Origin: Methylorubrum extorquens
GTDB taxonomy: Bacteria; Pseudomonadota; Alphaproteobacteria; Rhizobiales; Beijerinckiaceae
Assembly: GCA_900234795.1 (NCBI GenBank)
Contig: LT962688.1
Coordinates: forward strand, 3,330,001-3,362,000
Direction: 5' to 3'
DNA length: 32,000 nucleotides
Below are positions 14,918 to 22,043 of the stretch, in pieces. The translations under genes were made by a program, and so were the position numbers. Each line of letters opens with the position of its first letter. Position 1 is the first letter of the stretch. The notes under the pieces are model-generated. The model did not search any database, was not told where the DNA came from, and saw only the letters and a list, made by a program, of their open reading frames with translations.

Positions 14918-16318
14918 CTAGCCCACGCCCACCGGATGCTTCACCACGAACGGCGTCCGCATCGTCACCAACTCCTCGCCGAGCGTCGGATGCACGGCGA
15001 TGGTGCGGTCGAAATCGGCCTTGGTCGCGCCCATGGTCACGGCGATGCCGACGGCCTGGATGATCTCGCCGGCATCCGTGCCGAGCACGTGGACGCCGAC
15101 CACGCGGTCGCTGGCCCGGTCCACCAGAATCTTCATGATCACCCGCTCGTCGCGGCCCGAGAGCGTCGCCTTCATCGGGCGGAAGCTCGCCTTGTAGACG
15201 TCGATGTCGCCGTAGCAGCGCCGGGCCACGTCCTCGTTGTGGCCGATCACGCCGATCTCCGGCGTCGAGAACACGGCGGTTGCGATCAGGCGGTGATCGA
15301 CGCACCAGGGCTTGTTGCCGAACACCGTGTCGGCGAAGGCGTGGCCCTCGCGGATCGCCACGGGCGTCAGCGCCGCGCGCCCGTTCACATCGCCGACGGC
15401 GTAGATCGACGGCACCCGGGTGCGCGAATCCGCCTCGACGGGGATTGCGCCGCGTTCGTCGAGGTCGATCCCGACCCGTTCCAGCCCAAGGCCGGCGACG
15501 TTCGGGCGCCGGCCTGTGGCCACCAGCACGCAATCGACGGTGAGGCTCTCGCCCCCGTTCAGGGTGGCGCGGATCGCCGAGCCGTCGCGCTCCAGGCGCT
15601 CGACGGTCTGTTCCAGCCGTAGATCCATCCGCTTGGCATAGGCCTCGCCGAGCGCGTCGGCGATCTCAGGGTCAAAGCCGCGCAGCAGGTTCTTTCCGCG
15701 ATGGAGCAGCGTGGTCTTGGAGCCGAGGCTGGCGAAGACGCCCGCGAACTCCACGGCGATGTAGCCGCCGCCGACCACGAGGATGCGCTCGGGCTGGGTC
15801 TCCAGCTCGAACACGCCGTTGGAATCGATGGCGAGTTCCGCACCGGGGATCAGCGGCTCACGCACCGGTGTGGCGCCGGTCGCGATCAGGATGAAGCGGG
15901 CCCGGACCGTGCGGTCCGCGTGCACGAGGCGTACCGTGTGCGGGTCCTCGATCACCGCGCGGTCGGCCACGACCTCGACGCCAGCGCCCGCAAGGTTGCG
16001 GCCGTAGATGCCCTCCAGCCGCGCGACCTCCGCGTCGCGGGAGCGCTTCAGAACGGCCCAGTCGAAGCGCGGCGTCTCAAGGTGCCAGCCAAAGCCGGCA
16101 GCGTCCTCGAACTCGTCGGTGAAGCGGCCGGCATAGACCATCAGCTTCTTCGGGACGCAGCCGCGGATCACGCAGGTGCCGCCGACGCGGTACTCCTCGG
16201 CCAGCATCACCCGCGCGCCGTGGCCGGCGGCGATGCGGGCCGCCCGCACCCCGCCCGAACCGCCGCCGATCACGAACAGGTCGACGTCGAAGGACTCGCT
16301 CATCGGTGTCTCGCTCAT
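14918..16318 (-). CDS. gor: glutathione-disulfide reductase
   Basis: DLFVIGGGSGGVRAAR (FAD motif), the redox-active GGTCVIRGCVPKK, an NADPH motif VVGGGYIAVEFA, and the C-terminal dimerisation HPTLGEE. The ATG at 16318 overlaps the upstream stop (ATGA); an alternative ATG lies at 16303. Confidence 0.95.
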   Translation of the reverse strand: MSETPMSESFDVDLFVIGGGSGGVRAARIAAGHGARVMLAEEYRVGGTCVIRGCVPKKLMVYAGRFTDEFEDAAGFGWHLETPRFDWAVLKRSRDAEVARLEGIYGRNLAGAGVEVVADRAVIEDPHTVRLVHADRTVRARFILIATGATPVREPLIPGAELAIDSNGVFELETQPERILVVGGGYIAVEFAGVFASLGSKTTLLHRGKNLLRGFDPEIADALGEAYAKRMDLRLEQTVERLERDGSAIRATLNGGESLTVDCVLVATGRRPNVAGLGLERVGIDLDERGAIPVEADSRTRVPSIYAVGDVNGRAALTPVAIREGHAFADTVFGNKPWCVDHRLIATAVFSTPEIGVIGHNEDVARRCYGDIDVYKASFRPMKATLSGRDERVIMKILVDRASDRVVGVHVLGTDAGEIIQAVGIAVTMGATKADFDRTIAVHPTLGEELVTMRTPFVVKHPVGVG

Positions 16319-17484
16319 GCGCGCGCGTCTTCAGTCTCGTGTGCGGGCTCGTATGGGGGCTTGGCGCAAGCCGCCGCCCGCAGCCATGTGATGGCGGCCC
16401 CGAGGCCCGCCGTCCACCATCCCTGCCACGCGCCGTGCTCGACGAACATCACCGCCACTGCCGCGCCCAGCAAGCCGAGCGCCGTGGCGAACAGGAGCCG
16501 CGGCAAGGCGGCCGCCGCCCGCAGGGCCAGGAAGGCGACCAACGCCGCGAGCGCCGCGCCGACGAAGCCGAGTTCGGCCCAGATCTGGAGGAAGCTGTTA
16601 TGCGGATGGCCGACGGCCAGCATCGCCCGCATCTCCGGTTCGAGCGTCACCGCCGCCGGCACCTCGGCGAAGCGCAGGCCCATGCCGTAGCCGGAGCCGA
16701 TCCACGGCGCCTGCGCCACCGCGGCGCCGAAGCTTTGGGCGATGGCGACCCGCGCCCGCGACGAAGACTGCGTCAGCCGCTCATGCGCCGCCTCCGGCAT
16801 CAGCCGGTGGAGGATGTCACCCTCGACCGGGGCTAGGGCGAAGGCGAGCCCGAGGACCAGCGCCGCCAGCGCAAGGGCCATGGATCGGGGTGCCAAGCGC
16901 CCGACCGCGAACATCAAAGCGCCCGCGAGCAGCCCGAGGATGGCCGCGCCGCTGATCGAGCGCAAGATCGCTAGCGCCGCCACCCCGAGCAGGATCACGG
17001 CGGCGAGGCGATGGCCGCGCAGGGCGAGGAAGGCGGCGATGGGCCCAGCCAGCAGCAGCACAGTCAGCAGCGGGCGGTTGAACATGAACAGGGCCACGCG
17101 CTGCCCGAGCCAGGCCTGCGGCGCCAGCCCGAGGGCGAGGCTTGCCGCGATGAAAAGGCAGGCTGCGGCGAGCAGGCCGGCGCTGAGGGGCAGAGCCCAG
17201 GGCGGCAGCCGAGCGGGCGCGAGCCAGGCGAGGATCGCAGCGGCAGCGAGCGTCGGCAGGAATTCGGACAGCACACGGCCCCAGAGCGCGGGAAACGGGC
17301 TCCAGGCCAGCGAGACGAGACACCAAGCGAGGAAGGCCAGCGCGGCGAGGCCGAGCGGGGTACGGAGCGGGCCGATCAGGAGCGAGGCCACCCGCCCGCC
17401 ATGCTCGGCGACGGCGCCGGCGAGGAACAGCAGTGCCGCGATGCCGACGACGAGCGGGCTCGACCGGTTGGCCAGTGCCATCAT
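16315..17484 (-). CDS. O-antigen ligase (Wzy_C / WaaL-like) family membrane protein
   Basis: About 10 hydrophobic segments and the family signature GHPHNSFLQIWAELGFVG. The start is set at the ATG at 17484 (a GTG at 17493 is also possible). The track ORF's first 28 codons are read out of the repeat at 17540-17646. Confidence 0.7.
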   Translation of the reverse strand: MMALANRSSPLVVGIAALLFLAGAVAEHGGRVASLLIGPLRTPLGLAALAFLAWCLVSLAWSPFPALWGRVLSEFLPTLAAAAILAWLAPARLPPWALPLSAGLLAAACLFIAASLALGLAPQAWLGQRVALFMFNRPLLTVLLLAGPIAAFLALRGHRLAAVILLGVAALAILRSISGAAILGLLAGALMFAVGRLAPRSMALALAALVLGLAFALAPVEGDILHRLMPEAAHERLTQSSSRARVAIAQSFGAAVAQAPWIGSGYGMGLRFAEVPAAVTLEPEMRAMLAVGHPHNSFLQIWAELGFVGAALAALVAFLALRAAAALPRLLFATALGLLGAAVAVMFVEHGAWQGWWTAGLGAAITWLRAAACAKPPYEPAHETEDARA

Positions 17485-17539
17485 CGGCGCCACAAGCGCC
17501 AGCGCGACGGCGCCGGCAGCGTAGAGCCGCGCCGCCGCG

Positions 17540-17646
17540 CTAGAGCATCGTCCTGGATACCTGATCCAGGACGATGCTCTAGGCATTTGTTTCTGCATCA
17601 TCTTCTTTCCGAAAGCCGGCAACCACCTTTCGGGACGATGCTCTAG
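17540..17646 (+). repeat. MITE-like structured repeat, full copy 1 (two stem-loops, 14-bp terminal inverted repeats)
   Basis: ctagagcatcgtcc at 17540-17553 is the exact reverse complement of 17633-17646. SL1 has a perfect 18-bp stem (17541-17558 / 17564-17581, loop acctg) followed by a T-rich tract. SL2 runs gcatcatc...ccgaaag-ccggcaacca-ctttcgg-gacgatgc. It is about 85-90% identical to 21481-21586. Confidence 0.8.
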
Positions 17647-17655
17647 GGCCGACGA

Positions 17656-18252
17656 TCACTGGAGTTGGTGGCCGCGCTTGCCCATCTCGGCGCGGGTGCG
17701 GACCATGATGTATTCCGAGACCTCCTGGGTCCAATCCTGCATGGCGCCGACCATGTCATCGAGGATCTGCGGCTGGGTCTCGACGTAGCGCTTGCCCGCG
17801 GGCGAACGGAAGAAGGTGACGATGTCCGTCAGCTCGGGCTCGTTCAGGCGCTTGGCGTAGATCCGCGCGGCGATGTTGATCAGCCGCTGCTTCTGCAGCT
17901 CCATCTCGGAATCGAGCCCTTTCAGCACCTCGTCCAGATCCTTGGCGAGATCGGGCCGCGTCACCGCGTTCTTGCGGATCTGCTCAGCCATGGTCGGGAT
18001 GATCGAGTCGAAGGAGCGGGCGATACCGGAACTCAGCATCACCTCACGGGCGAGTGCGAGGTGGGCGGCGCTGAGATCCGGCTCCGGTGCGGCGGCCGGC
18101 GGCGGGGCCGCGCCGGGCTTCACCGTCGGCTTCGGGGAGGTGGCGGGGGGCTTGGCGGCCGGCTGCTGCGCCTGCGCCGCCGGCATGAGGACGGCCTGCG
18201 ACAGCAGGGCCGCGAGGAAGGGGCCGCCCAGGGCAGCGAGACGGAGAACCAT
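17656..18252 (-). CDS. DUF2059-type periplasmic protein
   Basis: ATG at 18252. A signal peptide (MVLRLAALGGPFLAALLSQAVLMPAAQA) is followed by a Pro/Ala linker. The C-terminal block IYAKRLNEPELTDIVTFFRSPAGKRYVETQP resembles DUF2059. The 67-codon upstream extension is Arg-rich and was rejected. Confidence 0.65.
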   Translation of the reverse strand: MVLRLAALGGPFLAALLSQAVLMPAAQAQQPAAKPPATSPKPTVKPGAAPPPAAAPEPDLSAAHLALAREVMLSSGIARSFDSIIPTMAEQIRKNAVTRPDLAKDLDEVLKGLDSEMELQKQRLINIAARIYAKRLNEPELTDIVTFFRSPAGKRYVETQPQILDDMVGAMQDWTQEVSEYIMVRTRAEMGKRGHQLQ

Positions 18253-18293
18253 GCGGGAGAAACTCCGAGGAAGGGAAAGGCGGCGGCCGGGCG

Positions 18294-19004
18294 TTAGAGG
18301 CGGCCGAGAACGCTGACGACGGCCGCATCGTCTTCGGCCGCGGCGAGGATGGCCGCGTCGGCGATGCCGAGAAACAGGCCGTGCTCGACCACGCCGGGCA
18401 CCGCCCAGAGCCCGGCGGACAAAGCCTCCGGATCGGGAATACGGCCGAGCCACAGATCGAGGATGGCGTGGCCGCCATCGGTGAGGAGGGGGCCCCCGGA
18501 GGCACCGTGGCGGCGCACGATCTCGCCCGTGCAGCCGGCCCGCGCCACCGCCGCCTCGACGGCGCGGGTGGTGGCGCCGATGCCGAACAGGTTCACCTCC
18601 ACCGGCAGCGGAAAGGCACCCAGGGTCTCGACGTGCTTGGAGGCGTCGGCAATCACGACCATGCGGCGGCTCGCGACCGCGACGATCTTCTCGCGCAGCA
18701 GGGCGGCACCGCCGCCCTTGATGAGGCGCAAGCTTCCATCGACCTCGTCGGCCCCGTCGATGGTGAGATCAAGTTCGGGCAGGTCTTCGAGGGTGGCAAG
18801 CGGGATGCCCTCGCGCTCGCAGGCGATGCGGGTCGCCTCCGAGGTCGGCACGCCAGTCACTTTCAGCCCCGCACGCACGCGCTCGCCCAGCAGCTTGATG
18901 AAGGCCGCGGCCGTGCTGCCCGTGCCGATACCGAGGCGCATCCCGTCCTCGACCAGGGGGATCGCGCGCTCGGCCGCCGCCCGCTTCAGATCCGGCGCGC
19001 TCAC
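18294..19004 (-). CDS. rpiA: ribose-5-phosphate isomerase A
   Basis: GTG start at 19004 with GAGG 7 nt upstream. Motifs [23 protein letters not shown] and [15 protein letters not shown] are present. Confidence 0.95.
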   Translation of the reverse strand: MSAPDLKRAAAERAIPLVEDGMRLGIGTGSTAAAFIKLLGERVRAGLKVTGVPTSEATRIACEREGIPLATLEDLPELDLTIDGADEVDGSLRLIKGGGAALLREKIVAVASRRMVVIADASKHVETLGAFPLPVEVNLFGIGATTRAVEAAVARAGCTGEIVRRHGASGGPLLTDGGHAILDLWLGRIPDPEALSAGLWAVPGVVEHGLFLGIADAAILAAAEDDAAVVSVLGRL

Positions 19005-19184
19005 GAAACGACCTCGGGAAGCGAATTCATCGGGGGCACTCGGACCATCGAAGCTGGGGCGGCGAATCTGGGACGGTTGGGGAGGCAGGCCCTAGCACGC
19101 CTCCCGGCGACCGTAAAAGACGGATGCTAAGAAGCACGGATGCTTCCCAAGGGCCCAGAACGGCGTCCGGCGCTTCGTCGGCGG

Positions 19185-19694
19185 TCAGGGCCGCGTTCCC
19201 TGCGGTGGCGTGGCGCTCGGGCCGGCGCGGCCGGGGGCCGGTCCGGTCGCGGCGGCGCCCGCCCCGCTCGCGGTGCCGGCGGGCGGCGGGCCGGCCTGCT
19301 CGGTGCAGACGACGAGTTCCTGACGGATCTGCACGTAGCAGGCGCTGGTTTCCCCCGTGCGGTAGTTGACCCGGTAGATCCCCGACTCGCGGGCGTGGCG
19401 CGAGGCGATCAGGCCGTACTCGCCGGGCGTCTGCGGGCCGGCGCCCTCTCCGGCGGCAAAGCACAGGGTGACGCCGACGCTGTCGTCGCGCAGGCCGTAC
19501 TGGCAGGAGGTGACCTCGCCGTTGGCGCGGTCGATCCGGTAGATCCGGTTCAGATCGACTGCGGGTGCGGCCACGAACTCGTAGGGCCCGGCAGCCTCGG
19601 CTGCCAAGGGCAGTCCGGCCAGGGCCGCAACGAGCAGGCCGGCGGACGACCGGGAGAGAGAACGACGCGAAGGAACACGCATGGGGCGGGACAT
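19185..19694 (-). CDS. hypothetical exported protein with two Cys-containing repeat modules and Pro/Ala/Gly tail
   Basis: Signal peptide (LLVAALAGLPLAAEAAG). It has an internal repeat, NRIYRIDRANGEVTSCQYG...VTLCFAAGEG versus SGIYRVNYRTGETSACYVQ...LVVCTEQAG. ATG at 19694 (alternative at 19682). Confidence 0.6.
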   Translation of the reverse strand: MSRPMRVPSRRSLSRSSAGLLVAALAGLPLAAEAAGPYEFVAAPAVDLNRIYRIDRANGEVTSCQYGLRDDSVGVTLCFAAGEGAGPQTPGEYGLIASRHARESGIYRVNYRTGETSACYVQIRQELVVCTEQAGPPPAGTASGAGAAATGPAPGRAGPSATPPQGTRP

Positions 19695-19856
19695 CGTCTT
19701 GTTGCGAAAGAGCGAAACGGCGAATCATCGGCGGCGCGATCAAGCACCTGCTCCGTGGCGGAGCTTGGGCAGAGAGGCAACACTGAGTGTCCGCGCTAAC
19801 CGGGTATCAACCGCTAGGGTTGATCGTAGGAGAGACGACCGCTAGCCAGCTTGACA

Positions 19857-20579
19857 ATGAAACGCACCGGGACGCCGATGAACGCGCACAGCTCCCCGAT
19901 CGTCGTGTTCGATCTCGACGGGACCCTCGCCGAGACCGCGGGCGACCTCATCGGCACCCTCAACGTCATCCTGGCCCGGGACGGCCAAGCGCCGCTTCCC
20001 CTCGAACAGGCCCGCGACCTGCTCGGCGCGGGCGCCCGCGCCCTGATCCAGCGCGGCTTCACGGTCGCGGGCGCGAGCCTGACGCCGGAGCGGCTGGAGA
20101 CGCTGTTCCAGGATTTCCTCGTCTATTACGGCGAGCATCTCACCGACAATTCCTACCTCTTCCCCGGCGTGGTCGAGGCGCTGGACCGGCTGGAGGCGGC
20201 GGGCTTCCGCCTCGCGATCTGCACCAACAAGGTCGAGTCGCACGCTGTGGCTTTGCTCGATGCGCTGGGCATCGGCCACCGCTTCTGCACGATCGTCGGC
20301 AAGGAGACCTTCGCCTTCTCGAAGCCGGACCCGCGCCACATCACCGCGACCATCGAGCGCGCCGGGGGTGATCTCCACCGCGCCGTGATGGTGGGTGATT
20401 CGAAGGCCGACGTCGCCGCGGCCAAGGCGGCCGGCATCCCCGTCGTCGGCGTAACCTTCGGCTACACGCCCGTGCCGATGCGCGAGTTGGCGCCCGACTG
20501 GGTCATCGAGCATTTCGACGCCCTGCCCGATGCGGTCGACGCCCTCCTCGCCCGCGAGACCGTGAAGCCGGCGGCCTGA
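19857..20579 (+). CDS. gph: HAD-superfamily hydrolase, phosphoglycolate phosphatase-like
   Basis: VVFDLDGTLAET (HAD motif I), AICTNK (motif II) and MVGDSKADVAAAKAAG (motif IV). The start is uncertain (TTG at 19851, ATG at 19857, ATG at 19878). Confidence 0.8.
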   Translation: MKRTGTPMNAHSSPIVVFDLDGTLAETAGDLIGTLNVILARDGQAPLPLEQARDLLGAGARALIQRGFTVAGASLTPERLETLFQDFLVYYGEHLTDNSYLFPGVVEALDRLEAAGFRLAICTNKVESHAVALLDALGIGHRFCTIVGKETFAFSKPDPRHITATIERAGGDLHRAVMVGDSKADVAAAKAAGIPVVGVTFGYTPVPMRELAPDWVIEHFDALPDAVDALLARETVKPAA

Positions 20580-20774
20580 GTTCCGGCCGGCCTCAATCGC
20601 CGGCGCCCGCCTCCGCGGGCTCAAGGCTTTCACTCCACCAAACCGCTCGCGCGGCTTCGTGCATTGGCCCTTCAGAGTGTCGCGACACGGCTTGCACCCG
20701 CGCGGGCGCTGGGCCACTGAGCGTTGCAACGGGGCCTTGACCGCCCCAAGGGGCGCGAGAGGCAGACCGGCGAC

Positions 20775-21440
20775 ATGAGCGAGACGGACACCTTCGACCT
20801 GACGCTGGAGCGCATCGCGCTGATCCGGCGGATGGTCGTGGCCTGGAACGGAGCGGAGACCGGCGCGCCGATGATCCATCCGGACGCGCCCTACGGCAGC
20901 ACCGACCGCGACGGCGACATCTTCAACGTCACCGGCGACGATGAGGGCGCGGACGAGGAGCACCGGGCGATGGGCGATGCGCTCGCCGTGTTCCTGCAGA
21001 ACGCGACGCTGAAGCCCGGCCGCTACCAGTACCACAACCCGCTCGCCAAGCTCGCGCCGGGGGACCTCTTCGACGTGTTCCGCGACGAGGCCACCGGCGA
21101 GACGCCCGAGCACATCACATTCGAAGTCACCGACGCGCACCTACGGCTGCTGCGGGCGTTCAGCCTCGAATGGGACGAGGCCTACGACGTGCCGCGCGTC
21201 GATCCGAAGCGGCCCTACGGCGGTACGACGTGGCACACGGCGGAGATGGCGTCCCATCTCGGCGAGCCGCCCGAGAAGGACGCGGAAGGCCGCGCCATCC
21301 TGACCGACGAACAGGAGGCCCGCCTGGAGCGCCTGCACCGCGAGATGCAGCCGGCGATGCAGATTTTTTTGCGGTACGGCGATCTCGGGCCGGGACCGTT
21401 TCGGCAGTCCGAGGGCACGACCGGCTGGGAGCCGGCCTGA
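20775..21440 (+). CDS. hypothetical acidic protein made of two copies of an unknown domain
   Basis: ATG at 20775 with GAGAGG upstream and very high GC3. Two modules align: TFDLTLERIALIRRMVVAWNGAETGAPMIHPDAPYGST and TFEVTDAHLRLLRAFSLEWDEAYDVPRVDPKRPYGGT. Confidence 0.7.
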   Translation: MSETDTFDLTLERIALIRRMVVAWNGAETGAPMIHPDAPYGSTDRDGDIFNVTGDDEGADEEHRAMGDALAVFLQNATLKPGRYQYHNPLAKLAPGDLFDVFRDEATGETPEHITFEVTDAHLRLLRAFSLEWDEAYDVPRVDPKRPYGGTTWHTAEMASHLGEPPEKDAEGRAILTDEQEARLERLHREMQPAMQIFLRYGDLGPGPFRQSEGTTGWEPA

Positions 21441-21480
21441 GCGCATCCGCTCCCCCTTTGCGAATCGCTGCGCCGAACGC

Positions 21481-21586
21481 CTAGAGCATCGTCCTGGATA
21501 TCGGATCCAGGACGATGCTCTAGGCTCTTGGTTTTGCATCATCTTTTTCCGAAAGCCGGGGGCCACCTTTCGGGATGATGCTCGAT
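21481..21586 (+). repeat. MITE-like structured repeat, full copy 2 (same orientation as copy 1)
   Basis: SL1 has the identical 18-bp stem (21482-21499 / 21505-21522) but a different loop (atcgg). The T-rich tract and SL2 are conserved with a few substitutions and one indel. The right terminal repeat has decayed (gggatgatgctcgat). Confidence 0.8.
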
Positions 21587-21599
21587 CAGCGGTCGGGAC

Positions 21600-21914
21600 G
21601 TGCCGCGGTTCCGAAGGGGGGAGGCCGGATTGGCCGGCATTCGGCGCCTCGCGGCGGCGAAGCCCGAAGGCTACACCCGCGCCTTCGAGGTGCCCTACAT
21701 CGTGACCACGGCCCGCAACTGGGCCGGGCGCATCGGCCGCTTCACCCTGACGGTGGACAAGGGCCGCGCGGACGCCCTCGTCAGCTTCTGCCGACAGGGC
21801 GTGCGCAAGAGGGGTCTGACCACCTTCGTCTGGGAAGCCCGCGACTACGTCCCGGATTCCGACCTGCGCGTGCTCCTCGTCTCGAACGATCCCGCCTTTC
21901 TGGGGGATCGCTGA
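21600..21914 (+). CDS. short ORF resembling only the C-terminal part of DUF4424 proteins (possible gene remnant)
   Basis: GTG start at 21600. YIVTTARNWAGRIGRFTLTVDKGRADALVSFC...TTFVWEARDYVPDSDLRVLLV resembles the C-terminal block of DUF4424 family proteins, which are normally about three times longer. The repeat copy lies 14 nt upstream. Confidence 0.45.
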   Translation: MPRFRRGEAGLAGIRRLAAAKPEGYTRAFEVPYIVTTARNWAGRIGRFTLTVDKGRADALVSFCRQGVRKRGLTTFVWEARDYVPDSDLRVLLVSNDPAFLGDR

Positions 21915-21958
21915 GATCCACTTCGACCCTAACGTCAGCGGGTTCTCCGACCCCTCCC

Positions 21959-21999
21959 CCTCATCCTTCGAGGCCGCTCCGCGGCACCTCAGGATGAGG
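21959..21999. repeat. composite palindrome (REP-like) between convergent genes
   Basis: cctcatcct-tc-gagg-ccgc-tcc-gcgg-ca-cctc-aggatgagg, nested stems of 9, 4 and 4 bp. It lies between the DUF4424-like ORF end (21914) and the argG end (22044). Confidence 0.6.
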
Positions 22000-22043
22000 A
22001 AACGTCTCGGAGAAGCGAAGCGAACAGGCGCTGAAGCCGAGGC

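Noticed and set aside
17485-17622. N-terminal extension of the O-antigen-ligase-like ORF, and the 141-aa ORF 21141-21566
   Set aside because: Both begin with nearly the same peptide (..KKMMQ.Q.PRASSWIRYPGRCS) because they are read out of the two copies of the MITE-like repeat. ORF 21141-21566 is also antisense to a well-supported gene.
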